Assembly: GCF_009914755.1 (NCBI RefSeq)
Contig: NC_060931.1
DNA: 64,000 nucleotides
Source of the DNA: the human T2T-CHM13v2.0 reference genome, Homo sapiens
Strand: one strand, 5' to 3'
The notes beneath the pieces are model-generated. The model was not told the DNA's origin. It ran no database searches and saw only the letters and a list, made by a program, of their open reading frames with translations. Both the position numbers and the translations under genes were made by a program. This document shows, one piece after another, positions 27,311 to 41,864 of this stretch. How positions within the stretch are numbered: position 1 is the first letter of the stretch; the number at the start of each line of letters is the position of its first letter.

Positions 27311-28003
27311 TTCTAATTGGAGGAGCTCAAGGGATTTCAAATAAATGAACTTGTATAAACTGGAAGCTGATACATGTGCCTTTCCAATTATTTTTTTGTT
27401 CAAATTAGAGGAGAGGGCACTGCTAATCTCAGAAAGCAGATTTCAGAAATTATTTTAGCTATGAAGCCAACTCTGAATAACAAAACTGAGCAGTTATGAA
27501 TTGTTTAGATAACTGAAAAGATATAATCATGTCTTTCATCTTAGTAAAGATACCATATATTCAGAACAATGTCATTTTATTACTTAAATATGTGCATGTT
27601 ATTAATCCATTGGATTACTTTTATTTCACCAATAAGAAGCAAAGGAAATGTCCAATTGAATATTAGATGTTTGCTAGACCTTTCTACTTTCCTCTAATTT
27701 ATATAAGCTAATTGTGAATTTTTTGAAACACAAAGTGTTTATTTGTAATTATGATCAAAATATTGTCTCTATTAGTAAACAATTTACTAATAAATCTATA
27801 TTGTTAGCATCATCATGGAACAACTTCCCACACTATTTAAGTTAAGCACATCACCTTCAAGAGACTGAAATGAATGTGTCCAGCAGGCTTTCAAGGAACT
27901 TTCAAACTGTGCACTGCCATGTTGAGTTAAAAAAATTTGATTTAGAAGAACGATAGGGAAATCTTCAGTGTTCTTTTTCATTTTCTATATCTCACAGGAG
28001 GGA

Positions 28004-28138
28004 TAGAGAGAGAATATGTATTTGAGAAAAAGAGAGAGAGAGAATAAGTATCTGAGATAGAGAGAGAGAGACAAAGAGAGAGAGAGAATATGTATCTGAG
28101 AGAGAGAGAGAGAAAGAGACAGAGACAAAGACAGAGAA
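28004..28138. repeat. Compound (GA)n repeat with a recurring spacer
   Basis: (GA)n tracts separated by gaatatgtatttga / gaataagtatctga / gaatatgtatctga. Confidence 0.9.
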
Positions 28139-28353
28139 GGTAGGGGCTCATATAATTAAATCTCTATTCAGATAATATTAGATACTTCTTATAAAGAATG
28201 AGATTTAGGCCTCTTCTTAAAATCTATAATTGATCTTCACAAGGGGAAATTTTCATTAAGAAAATATTTTATTTTATTTTTAATGTAAAATTATATGTTA
28301 ATATATAAATCTATCAGAAAATTTGATATTAAAAAGCTGCCAGTTCTCACCAG

Positions 28354-28379
28354 CACACACACACACACACACACACACA
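28354..28379. repeat. (CA)n microsatellite
   Basis: About 13 CA units. Confidence 0.95.
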
Positions 28380-29244
28380 AAATATCTCCAATGGCAAAAT
28401 AATGTTTTATACTTAAAAATTTTTTTCACTCACCTCCTAAAATTAAGACACTCACTGGTCCAGTTGGTAAAGTGTGCATATTTGGGTATAAGATTGTAAT
28501 CATTAGCTACTCATTTAAACATGTTGTTCAAGTTACAGAAGTGATTCATGAAGACACACGTGTTGTATAATATTTATACAATACATAACACAACGAGGCC
28601 ACTAGTTCTGCAATATATATTACCAGTAGCAAAAATTTTTGAAAACAGTGACTCTATATTTTTTATTCTCTTATGTGTTCTACAAATATTTATTTTGTAG
28701 TGTATGACAAATGACCAATTTACAATTTCAATGAAACCATATGAGATCCCCATTTTCCAATAACTGTAATAAGATGCAATGTTATCCTTCAAATCAAATT
28801 TTTAAAATATTATGGATAACACATAATATTTTCTTGCTTTTTTATTTGCCTTTCTGTTGATATTAATTTGAGCATATTTCAATACATTTTCAAACTACTT
28901 ATGTTACTACTACTTACATTATTTTAAACTACTTTTAAATGCCTCTGTATGTTTTACTTGTATATTTTAGGTTATTTTTATTTTTATATTTTGTTTTACC
29001 AGAACTTTTTATATAGTCTCTGCAGGGTAGTTACATTGAATGTTTTATTTGGTCAAGTTATATTTACTAAAGATGCTTCTTGTAACTAAAGCTAGTTATT
29101 ATTTTTTGTCCTAGGAAAAGAATAATAAGACATCCCATTAAGGGGCAACAGAATTAGAATAAGTAAATGAATTAATATAGAAGACAATTTCTGTAAAAAA
29201 CAGAGATTATAAACAAATTATAATAGGAAGTCTTAGTCATTACT

Positions 29245-29352
29245 AAGGGTCATACAAAATGGTACAGCCACTTTGGGAGATGGTTTGGTAATTTCATACA
29301 AAACTAAACATACTCTTACCATACAATCAAGCAATCGTCCTCCTTGTGATTT
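29245..29352 (+). mobile_element. L1MC/MD-like 3' region, upstream piece
   Basis: 'aaaatggtacagccactttgggagatggtttggtaatttcatacaaaactaaacatactcttaccata...agcaatcg'. Confidence 0.75.
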
Positions 29353-29845
29353 GTCCCCAGGCTCTGAGCTCACCCCTATGGCCCCAGGCTCCAGGACTGC
29401 CCAGCACACCCAGGTTCCAGACACACTGCAGCACCAGACCAGCCCTCATGGCTCCAGGCTCCAGGCCAATCTCAGCACCAGGCTGATGACGGCCCTAGAC
29501 TAGCAAACCCATGATCCAGGCCTGTCTCCGTAAACTTTGGCACTTGCCAGCCACCATGGATCTAGGCTACACATCCTGCCCCTACAGTCTCAGATTCCAG
29601 GCCAGCCTTTATGGAAGCAAGACCCTGTAACCTTCCCCCATGGTCCAAGGCTATAAGCTCACCTAATAGGAACCCAGACTGGCCCCCCCATGGACACAGG
29701 ATCAGGCTTGTTTCCATGGATCTGGTGCTAAGCTCACTCTGATTCCAGGCTGGTGATTGCAGACTCAAGCTCAAAGCTTATTCCATTGCCAGGTCTCCCA
29801 CGATGGACCCAGGCTTCAGGCTAGCCATTCAGTAGTCAGACCCAC

Positions 29846-30217
29846 TGTATTAGTCCATTTTTACACTGCTCTAAAGAACTGCCCAAAACTGGGTAATTTA
29901 TAAAAGAAAGAGTTTTAATTGACTCACAATTCCGCATGGCTTAGGGAGGCTTTGGGATACTTAAAATCATGGCAGAAGGGGAAGCAGGAATGTCTTATAT
30001 GGTGGCATGTGAGAGAGCATGTGAAGGACGAACTGTCAAATACTTATAAAACCTTCAGATTTCATAAGAACTCATTCACTATCATGAAAACAGCATGGGG
30101 GAAACTGGCCCCACGATCCATTTACTTCCCACCAGGTACCTCCCTTGACACATAGGGATTATGGGTATTACCATTCAAGATGAGATATGGATGGAGACAC
30201 AGAGCCAAGCCATATCA
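29846..30217 (-). mobile_element. THE1/MSTA MaLR solo LTR
   Basis: tgtattagtccatt...gccatatca with perfect 5-bp TSD cccac at 29841-29845 and 30218-30222. Confidence 0.96.
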
Positions 30218-31829
30218 CCCACCATATGAAACCTAGTGAAAGGCCGTCCCCTGTAGACCCAGGATCTAGCCCAATACCCACAGATGTAGACACCAGGACC
30301 ACCTACATTGACCCAAAATCCAGGCCCATGGAGTGGACCCAGGACCTGGCTCAACCCTGGAGACCCAAGCTCCAGAGAAACCTGCTCACTGACCCAAGCA
30401 CCAGGCCAGTCTACCTGAAGACTTCAGCAGCAGTCTCTGGACAGGCTGCCTGATAAGGGCTTTTCCTGCTAAATCCAGTCTGTAAAGACTGGAAAATGTG
30501 CCTACTTCAAATGCACAGAACCAGTGCAAGAGCACAAGGATCACAAATAATCAGGAAAACATAACACCACCAAAGAAACAAAATAAAGCACCAATAACTG
30601 AACCTAAAAAATATCTGACAAAGGATTCAAAATAATCATTTTAAAACAGCTCAGTGAGCTACAAGAGAATACATATAGATATATAAACAAAAAAATTAGG
30701 AACACAAAACATGAACAAAATGAGAAGCTGAACAAAGAGAGAGAAACCATAAAAAAGAATGAAACAAATTCTGGAGCTGAAGCACACAATGATTAAAGTA
30801 AAAAATTCCATAGAGATTCACTCAAGTAGAAGAATCAGTGAGCTGCCAGACATGTTCTTTGCAACTACCCACATATAGAAACAAAAAGAAAAAAGAATGA
30901 AAAAGAATGAAAAAGACTATAAACTTATGGGGCACCATCAAACGAATATTCTCATTGTGGGAGTTTTAAGAAGTAAGAGAGAAAGACAAAAGGGCAGAAG
31001 ACTTATTTAAATAAATAATAATAGAAAATTTTCCAAATCTGGAAAGGGAAATTAGTATTTAGATTAAATGTAAAGAAATTTTCAGTTAGATACATTATAA
31101 TGAAATTTTCAAAAGTCAAAGGAAGAGAGAATTTTGGAAGCAGAAAAAAAAAAGTGAAAAGAACCTTGTTGACTGCAAGAAAATCTTAAAATGGCCATCA
31201 GAGGACTGCTCAGTAGAAACTGAAGAGTAGGAGAAAGTGAGATGGCTTATTCACAGTGCTGAAAGGATAAAACTGCCAAACAAAAGTAGTATATCTAGCC
31301 AAGATTTTCTTCAAAAATGAGGAAGAGATACAGGCTATTCCAGACAAGTAAAAGTGGAGGAGTTCACGACCACTAGACCTGCCTTAAAAGAAGAGTTGAA
31401 GGAAATTATCAAAGTTGAAAAAGGACACTAATTAACTACATGAAAGTATAAAACTCACTGTAAAGGTTGGAATACAGTCAAATTTACAATATCTGATACT
31501 GTGTAATGGTGGTGTGTAAATCAATTTTAACTCTATTTTAAACTTAAAAGACAAAAGTAATAAAACCAACTACAGATACAATACTTTGTTAGTTGATACA
31601 AAATATAAAAAGATGTAAATTGACACAAATAACATAAAATCTTGGGGGAAGAGATGATAAATTGTAGAATTTTTGTGTCAAGTTAAGTTGTTATTAAAAT
31701 AGACTGTTACAAGATGCTTCGTGAACACCTTATGGTAAACACACACAAAAAAATATGTATCAGCTATACAAAAGATAAAGAGAAAAAATCACAACATACA
31801 ACTACAAAAGTCATGAAGTCATACAGGAA

Positions 31830-31946
31830 GACAAAAAGAGAGAAAGAAGAAAGAAAATAAAGGGAGAAAGAAGAAAGAAAACAAGAAAGAAAGAAAAAGA
31901 AAGGAAAGAAAGAAAGAAAAAGAAAGAAGGAAGGAAGGAAAAGAAA
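31830..31946. repeat. Purine-rich (GAAA/GGAA)n low-complexity tract in the L1 inter-ORF region
   Basis: Read directly. Confidence 0.85.
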
Positions 31947-31986
31947 CTTCAAAACATTCAGAAAAAAATAACAAAATGGCAATTGA

Positions 31987-32388
<402 letters not shown>

Positions 32389-33681
32389 TAAAAGACACAA
32401 ATAAATGAAAGGATATCTCATATTTCTGGATTGGAAAGATTCTTATTGTTAAAATGTTCATACTACTCAAAGTGATCTAGACTTAATACAGTTGCCATCA
32501 AAATCCCAATGAAATTATTTTGCAGATATAGGAAAAACAATCCTACAATTCATGTGGAATCATAAAGCATCCATAATACCTAAAGAAACCTTGAGAAGAA
32601 CAAATCTGGAGGCATCTGAATTCAAAATAAACTACAAAGCTACAGAAATAAAAATAGTATAGTATCGGCATTAAAGCAAGTACATAGACCAATGGAAAAG
32701 AATAGAGAGCCCAGAAATAAGCCCAAACTGAAAAAGTCAACTAATTTTTGTCAAGGGTATTAATAACACACAATGGGGGAAAAAAGTCTCTTCCATAAAT
32801 AGTGTTAGAAAATCTGGATATCCATATGCAGAAGAATGAAATAAGACCCTTATCTCACACAATATTAAAAAAAATCAACTCAAAATGGTTTGAAGACTTA
32901 AAAGTAATGGCTGAAACTGTTCAAATTACTGGAAGAAAATGTAGGGAGAAAGCTTCATGACATTGGTCTGGGTAATTACTTTTTTGGATAAGACCCCAAA
33001 ACCACAAGCAACAAAAGCAAAAAATAGACAAATGGGATTGCATCAACCAAAAAGCTCTGCACTACAAAGGATATAATCAACAGAGTAAACAGACAACCTA
33101 AAAGATGAGAGAAAAAATATTTGTAAACCACATGTCTGATAAGGAATGAATATCCAAAATATATAGTGAACTCAAACAACTCAATCGCAAAAAACCCTCC
33201 CCAATAGCTCGTTAAAAAATGAGTGAAGAACCTCAGTAGACATTTCTCAAGAGAAGATATCCAAATGGCCAACAGGTATATGAAGAAATGTTCAGCATCA
33301 CTAAGCATCAGGGAAATGCAAATCCAAACCACAATGAGTTATCACCTTACACCTGGTAAAATGGCTACTACTATTTTTAAAAAGATAGCATATATTGGGG
33401 AGGATATGAAGACTAGGGAACCCTTGTACACTGCTGGTGGGAATGTGAATTGGCACAGTCACTATGGAAAGTATAGAAGTTCCTAAAAAATTTAAAAATA
33501 AAAGTACCATATAAGCTAGTCATTCCTCTTCTGGGTAAATATCCAAAGGAAATTAAATCAGCATCTCAAAAAGATGTTTGCACTCCATATTCATTACAGC
33601 ATTATTCACAATAGCCAAAATATGGAATCAACTGGAGCTGATTAAATCTATTTGGAATTAATTTAAGACTGAAGATTTTAA

Positions 33682-33684
33682 TAT

Positions 33685-33716
<32 letters not shown>

Positions 33717-33728
33717 CACACACACACA
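33682..33728. repeat. (TA)n(CA)n compound microsatellite
   Basis: Read directly. Confidence 0.9.
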
Positions 33729-34254
33729 AAATCTGATATTACTGAGCCTTAAAAAAAGAAGGAAATCCTGCCATATGTGACAATATGGATGAACCTATAG
33801 AACATTATGCAATGTGAAATAAGCCAGTCACAAAAAAGAAAATACTTCATGATCTTACTTATAAGTTTAATCTAAAAAAGTTGAACTCATAAAAGCATAG
33901 GGTAGAATGCTGATTGTCAGGAGGAGGTGGGGAGAAAGGGCAATTGGGAGATGTTGGGCAAACAGTACAGAATTTCAGTTATGTGTCATGAATAAATTTT
34001 GGAAATCTAATATATAATATGTTGACTATAGTTAATAATACTGTACTGTGTACTTGAAATTTGCTAAGGGAGTAGATCTTAAATGTTCTTACCACAAAAT
34101 CTATGGCAACTAGTGAAATGATGGATATGTTATTTTGCTCGATTGTAGAAATCATTTCACAATGTATGCACATATAAAAACATCACATTGTATACCTTAA
34201 ATGTATACCATTTTTATTTGTCAATTGTATCTCCATAAAGCTGACAAACAAAGT

Positions 34255-34445
34255 CATTGAATGTGCAACACCAAGAATGAACCCTAATGTAAACTGAACT
34301 TTGGGTGTAATGATGAATCACAGTAAGCTCATCCTCTGTAACATATGTATCACTATGGCTGGGAATATTGATAATGAAGGAGGCTATGCATAAGGAGGGG
34401 CAGGAGGTATATGGGAAATCTCTGTATCTTTTGCTGTGAACCAAG
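34255..34445 (+). mobile_element. L1MC/MD-like 3'UTR, downstream piece
   Basis: 'gaatgtgcaacaccaagaatgaaccctaatgtaaact...gcaggaggtatatgggaaatctctgta...gctgtgaacc'. Confidence 0.85.
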
Positions 34446-34811
34446 AAGATGTTTTTGGTTTGTTTCAAGATTATGCTAGTATTGTAAAATGAACAGGAAA
34501 ACTTTACATCTATTTACATCTATTTGTACTCTTTAAAACAGTGTATAAAAGATTAGAATAATCTATTTGAATAGAACTCATTCATAAAATTATCTTATCA
34601 TAGAACTCATAAAATTATCTGATCTGGGTGTCTTTAATATATTGACTTTCAGCAGTCTTGTATTTCTTCAATGGCTGTTGGTATGTTGAAATTTTCTACC
34701 CTATTTCTTCTCTAATTACTGAGCCAATTACAAGGATGATTTAGATGACACTTAAGTATTCACAGATATCTATTTTGCATATATTTTCAAATATATTGGC
34801 ATACAAACAGG

Positions 34812-35233
34812 GTATATTCATTTGCTAGGGTTGTCATAACAAAGTATCATAAATGAAATGGCTTAAATAACAAAAATTTATAAACTCCTAGTTCTGGAGT
34901 CTAGAAGTCCAAAATCAAGATGGTGGCAGGACTGATTTCTTCTGAAGGCTCTAAGGAAAGAGTCTATTGTAGGCCTCTTTCCTTGTATGTAGATTGCAAT
35001 CTTCTCCATGTGTCTCTTCATATCATTTTCCTTTTACATGTGTCTGTTTCTGTCCTAATTTCCTCTTTTTGTATGGATACCAGCCATATTAGATTTAAGT
35101 CTAATCACCTCATTTTTACCTTGATTATCTCTGAAAAGAACCTATATCTCCAAATAAGGTCACATTAGATTAGGTACTGAGGTTTGGACATTAAAATATT
35201 AATTTTGGGGTACACAATTAAATCCATACCACA
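34812..35233 (-). mobile_element. MLT1 (B/C-like) MaLR solo LTR
   Basis: 'ttgctagggttgtcataacaaagta...gttctggagtctagaagtccaaaatcaag...ccaaataaggtcacatt...ggggtacacaatt...cataccaca'. Confidence 0.88.
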
Positions 35234-35440
35234 TTTCATCATTTTTTAAAAATTTAATATCACTTAATATCTGTAATTATGCTTAACTTCTCATTTCTAA
35301 TAGTACTTAGTGCTGCTTTTCTTTTATTTTATTTTGTTATTAGTCTTGCCACCATGTGTCTATTTAGTATTCTAGAAAATTGTGTTCTTATTTATTCCTT
35401 TCTTCTGCTTTATATGTTTTTTATTTTACTTTCTCAATAT

Positions 35441-36319
35441 TGATAGAGGCAGGAGGCAAAGAAATTCTGGGGAGACAAGGGCAAGTCCCTGGCATAACCC
35501 TACCTTCGAGCTGAAAAGCCGGAAACCCACCGCCCAAAGTGAGAACTTCTATTTCTGTTTGCCCACTCTCTCCCAATTGGTTCTTTCTGAATAATGTCTT
35601 TTTACCAATCAAATGTTGCATTTTCCAAAACTACCTATGCCTACCCTGGCCCCCACCCTGTGCCTATAAAGACCCCAGACTCAGCCAGTAGGGAGAGAAA
35701 CCTGGCTTGACTAGAGAGAGGTGACTTGACTTCAGAGGGATGGCTGGACTTCAGAGGAGAGCCTTCATTTGAAGAGCCAGCTAGAGCCAGCCAGACTTCA
35801 GGGAAAATTATCTGCCCATTCCCGTCCCCTCTCCAGCTTTTCTCTCCACTGAGAGCCATTTTCATCACTAAATAAAATTCTCCATCTCCACCATCCTTCA
35901 AGTGTCTGTGCAACCTCATTCTTCTTGGATGCTGGACAAGAGCTCAGAACTCACTGAGTGCATGTGCCCAGAAAAGGCTGTCACACTGGCCCTTTGCCCT
36001 CGCTGGTGGAGGGCAGCCGCCACATGTGAGGAGGCAAGGGGCCCACTGAGCAGATAACATAGCACTGTTCATGGATGGCAGAGCTAGAGAGCATTGTAAC
36101 ATGCCCTCTGGGGCTTCGGGTGTCACAGACCCCCCCACCTGGTCACCGCAGTAAAGCCCATACAAAGCCTGCTCCTACAGGTGCCCAAAGCAGTCAGCTG
36201 CATCCTGCACTCAATTGCTCATGTGCTGCCTCCTGCAAGAGGTTGAGTATGATGGACTGAGTAGATGGGGCACCCCTGTCGCAAGTCCAATGAAGGGGTC
36301 AAGAAAAACTCCTGCATCA
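35441..36319 (+). mobile_element. ERV1-class solo LTR (LTR1/LTR27/LTR28 group)
   Basis: TGAT...ATCA inverted termini, perfect 4-bp TSD atat (35437-35440 and 36320-36323), CCAAT 35605, TATAAA 35665-35670, AATAAA 35871-35876. Confidence 0.9.
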
Positions 36320-36336
36320 ATATGAAACTTGGATAA

Positions 36337-36683
<347 letters not shown>

Positions 36684-36689
36684 TACATT

Positions 36690-38500
36690 TTTGCGTTTTT
36701 TAATAAACTCATTCATAGGTAAACACATTTTGTTATGAGAATTATTTAAGTCACTTCCCAAAGATTTTAATACATAGTAGTCCATCTTTGGTCATTGCCA
36801 AAGAGTTTCTTATTTTTCTTTTGATTTCTTCTTTATCCCAATTTATAAAATAACATTTTAAGATTAATGAGTAGATAATTTGAGATTAAAGAAAAATAAT
36901 GTAGGCTGCATGGTTCCTGACTTTAAAAATCTATGGAGATTTATTTGGTCTATGATTTAGTGCCTCACTAATTGGTGAATTCCTCACGTTTTCTAAAGCA
37001 GAGTTTTATTTTAAGAATACAGAGTGTGTATGTGTATGTGTGTATACATGTATATGTATTTGTAGAATGATGTTTGTCATTTGCTTTACATTTCCCCAGA
37101 CATTTTTATTTGTTAAATCTCCTTGAATTTTTCAAAACTATATTAGGTTAATTCCTTGGACATCTTGGTGAGGTACATCTTTTATCAGAAATAATTTCCC
37201 TTTTTCCATTTAATAATTTCCCAATGAAATAAATGTATTTTTATTGCTCTGCCTACTTTCTTTTGTACTCACCTGCAAATTTACTTCTTATTTCAAAACT
37301 TTATAGTATCAGTAGGTAGATGTTGTGTAAGTATATATTCTTAGGATAATATTCAGAAAATTTGTGAATCTGAAATTTTTAATAGGTTTAATTTCACCAA
37401 TGTAAGTTTTAACTATTTATATGTTTGCAAATATTTCTGTAATTGTATATTGTATTTCTTATTTACTGTGCTCTTGATAGATTTTAGTCCATTCTTCCTT
37501 TTGTTGTTTTATTTTTCCTTATTTTTTTTCAAGTTATTATGAGGGCTTCCATCTATATCTTGTGTGCTAATGAACATTATGCTTTTTATTCTGTAAATCT
37601 GCCCTTAAATTATTCTACCAAAGTCTAGGATTAAGCAATATCCTCTCCCTCAAACCAATTTTCTCTTTCTCAAAATTTTGCATATTTTTATTTCTCCACT
37701 TCTGCATTTCTCTTCACTTCCTCAGGTTCCATTAATCTGGATTTTATTTCCACGTGTTATTATATTTTACATTAGAAACTAACAGCTACATACAGTTAAA
37801 ATTTAGTGTTTTTCCTTACCATATGTCTATTACCACTTTTAGCCTTGTTTATTGGACCTATTTTGAATTTTGCTAGAAATAATTCCCTAAAAAAATTTAA
37901 CAACTTTTTTGTTCGTTTTTGGAATGTCTGTGTTTGGGAAAATTTATAAGTATTTATATGTTTTATGATGTCTTTATTTTGCCCTTTTCATTTATTGATG
38001 GTTTGACTAGATAGAAGACTAAGATTTAAACTCACAATCATATTTCCTGAATTTGTTAAATACTACTTTGTGTGCTCTAGCATCTGCTGCTGACAAGGAA
38101 GCTTTATTCTAATATAATTCTTGTTCTATTGTAGTAACTCATTTTTGTCTCTTTAGAAGATTTAACTTTACTCTTTATCCTCAGAGTTCTGCATTTTACT
38201 ATGGCATTTCAATATGTAGTTCTTTCTTTATTCATTTGTCTTACGACTTTGTCGTATGTGTATTCATGTATGATGCCAATTTTTATTATGGAAATTTCCT
38301 TCTATGTTATGATGATTATGGGATTTTTTTTTCTGTATTTAGTGATTTATTATCCTGTGATCATTGTTGTATTTGAAAACACCTGTTCAAGTTTTATTAG
38401 AACTGTTTCTGATTATAGGAATTTGCATGGTTGATTATGGAAAATGAATATAATATACTTGGATGAGGTGTAACTGTAGTTTGTCTTCTGCATATGGAAG
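36690..38500 (-). mobile_element. Highly decayed L1ME-type fragments
   Basis: T-rich antisense L1 texture, e.g. 'gatgtctttattttgcccttttcatttattgatggtttgactagatagaagact'. Boundaries uncertain. Confidence 0.55.
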
Positions 38501-40332
38501 CTCAATCTCCTTTTAAAGAGTTGCCACCTACCTCGGACATTGTCCATATAACTTTGTTTCCTCTAACTTGGCCAATCTAAGACACAGGAGAGGGTCTAGT
38601 CAGCCAGTAATTCCTGCAAAGTTTACAATTAATCATCTCAGCAGATCCCAGGGGTATCAGGCTGCTCCTTACATTTAATTACTTTGCTTTATCTTCCTCT
38701 ATAGATAGGCTGTCTTAAAGTATTTTATGCCACGTTATGCTGAAGTTTCTTGTCAATCTGATTATATCTGCTTTGTATCTTGCAGAAAGTCCTCTCTCAT
38801 CTACAAGCGCAGGATGCTGTATTATGTGTATGACCTTTTCAGTCATGTCCTGCATAGTTGCTTCTGTTTGTGTCAGGTCAGGCAGGAATTAAAGGCATTT
38901 GTTTTCATTTTCCAATACTATTGAGAATAATTTTCAATTTTAAAATAGTTTTTCTTCTTTTTAAATAGATTTAATTGGGAATCAAGCCAGAAATATTTTA
39001 TTAACATGACGTTTGGTGACCAATCTTTTTATTGTCTGTCACTGTGATCTGTTCATGTAATCAAAAATTCCATTTTTTTAAAAAGGATATAGTAAAATCT
39101 TGCTGTAACATAAAAATAAGACTATTACTATAAGAAATCATATAATATAAATTTCCATTTTTGTTTTTTTCTTGGTATGTCATGGCAGTTTACTGTTTCT
39201 GAGGAAATTTGGAGTATGTTGGCTCTAAGAAAATAATTATGTTCTTTTAGCTCTCTGTAAAAATTTAGAATTAAAATTATGACAGCTAATGATTCAAGAG
39301 AAGGCAAAAAAGAAAAGGAATTCATTCTTTCACTGTCTTTTACATAGAGCTATGACTTGTCAAACTGATGTCTGAAACAATGAGTTTAACATCAAATATT
39401 TATCTGGTTTAGGTACTAGAGATGGTTGGACTCTGACTACAATGTTTTAGGAAACATAAACATGGCTTTCTAGGTAATTAGGAAAAAAAAACTTACAGGA
39501 AATAAAAGTTGTGTCTTCGTAGCCCCTACACTTCCCATCACAGAAAAAAGCCTTTAGAATTGTTTCTTTTTACCTAAGCTAACTCCACACAATGAATGAC
39601 TGAACTGAACTTCCTCCCAGGCACAGCCCATTATTCTGCACCACTTCACTCACTAACCAACCCAGCTGGAACTTTATCTAGTCACTTGCCAAAATCCCCC
39701 TCCTTCTTAAAGATGTTCTGACCCACCTCTGAGTTTTAATTTCCTCCCACTCTACCCTAGCGATGAGCTCTAACCTCTTCCTTCCAGCTGTCAAACCCAC
39801 CTACTCCCTGGAGGTAAAATATCTGCAACAATCTTGCTTCTCTGCCAACCATTCACTAAGTTTAAAAATGAATTTTCATATTTCTCTCTCAAGTGTCAAA
39901 AAGTACATATCAAAATAAAAAATTATACTCACCTTTAAAACATATCACCAGTCTATCAGATATCTCAATCCAGATGTAAGAAATCATTTTACTTTATTCT
40001 TACAATTCCACCAGTGAACACACAAGTGCACACATGACATTAATGAAATACGGTATCTAAAAACCCATTTCTAAATATTAATTCATGAAAAGTAATTATA
40101 CCATCTTGCTCCTCAGTTATTTGGAAGTGGAATTACTAGGTATTTCTCATACATATTTTTTAAATCCTCTTTTTATAATGTATTACATTACTGGCTGCTT
40201 ATAGCAATCATAGAAGTATAGAATTTTAATAGAAGGGAACATAGAAATCATGTAATATAGCTTTTTATTCCCAGCATGGAACTTAAATGTATCTAATTTT
40301 AGGTGCTTACTATTTTGTGAGGAATTTTGTTT

Positions 40333-40520
40333 ATTATTCATTTATTTATTCAATAAATACTTATTGAGAGTTTTATTATGCCCCAAACTTAATCTAGTGG
40401 CTGGGCATAAATCCAGGAATAAGATATGGTTCTGCACTTTCAAGGAAGTTACATTTTAGTGGGAAAATAACAAGCAATATTTATAAGTGATCAACATAAT
40501 AAATTTTAAAGTAGTAAGTA
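40333..40520 (-). mobile_element. L2 3' end
   Basis: 'attcatttatttattcaataaatacttattgagag...gaataagatatggttctgcactttcaaggaagttacattttagtggga'. Confidence 0.8.
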
Positions 40521-40594
40521 ATAAACATAATAATTAAGTCAATAATGAAATGTGATGAGGTAACCTGGAATTTTACTTACTTGTAAGTTAATAA

Positions 40595-40850
40595 ATTAGA
40601 CACCCTATAACCTGTTACTGTTTGATAGTTGCTGGCAGAAGACGTGAGACTCCTCAGCCAGGGACAAGGTTATCTTTTACTCACAGCACAGTGGGCAGAT
40701 TATTAGCAATTTTGCTTAGGCATTATGCAAACTCCCCCATCACCCCACAGGAATTATGCAGATGGGATCAAATGGATTCTGTACATACAGTAAGGTTGTA
40801 GCACAACTGAAGAACCCTGACTATTGGAAAATCATGTTCTTAATCTTCCT
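40595..40850 (-). mobile_element. Probable old ERVL-type LTR fragment (MER68/MER77-like)
   Basis: 'gtgagactcctcagccagggacaaggttatcttttactcacagcacag' resembles a motif I recall from this LTR group. Not verified. Confidence 0.4.
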
Positions 40851-41088
40851 TAACATTGTAATTTTTACCTGCATTTTTCTATCAGTTTCTAAAAGCAGAT
40901 ATCAAGAATCTACCAAAATAAATGTGCATAATTTATTTTTAAAATTGTGCAGAATTTAGAATTGCATATCTTCTTGTTGGATTGATAACTTCATCAGAAA
41001 ATTGCTGTCTCTGTGTCTAGTAATATCTCCTACTTTAAAGTTGTTTTATCAGATATCAGTAGAGCCACACTAGTTTTATTTTGTTTAG

Positions 41089-41475
<387 letters not shown>

Positions 41476-41541
41476 TGACTTCAGTTGTTTTATACAGTCT
41501 GACAATGTTGAGTTTCAGCTGGAAGATTTAATTAATTTACA

Positions 41542-41864
41542 ATTATTATTATTATTTTATTTGTGACAGAATCTTACTCTGTCGCCCAGGCTGAAGTGCA
41601 GTGGCACAATCTCAGCTCACTGCAGCCTCCGTTTCCTGCACTCCAGTGATCCTCCTGCCTCAGCTTCCTGAGTAGCTGGGACTACAGGAATGTGTCAACA
41701 TGCCTGGCTAATTTTTGTGGGTTTGTTTTGTTTTGTTTTGTTTCTGTAGAGACAGGGTTTTGCCATGTTGCTCAGGCTGATCTCAAACTCCTGTGCTCAT
41801 GCAATCCTCCCACCTCAGTCTCCTGAAGCACTGAGATTACAGACATGAACCACTGCCCCCAGCC
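41542..41864 (-). mobile_element. AluJ-type
   Basis: Diverged reverse dimer with (GTTTT)n linker and TSD ta(a/g)ttaatttaca. Confidence 0.93.

Noticed and set aside
38770-38885. Possible + strand exon (tatcttgcag|AAAG...TCAG|gtcagg)
   Set aside because: Weak donor, adjacent to decayed L1 and no partner exons. Such matches are common by chance.
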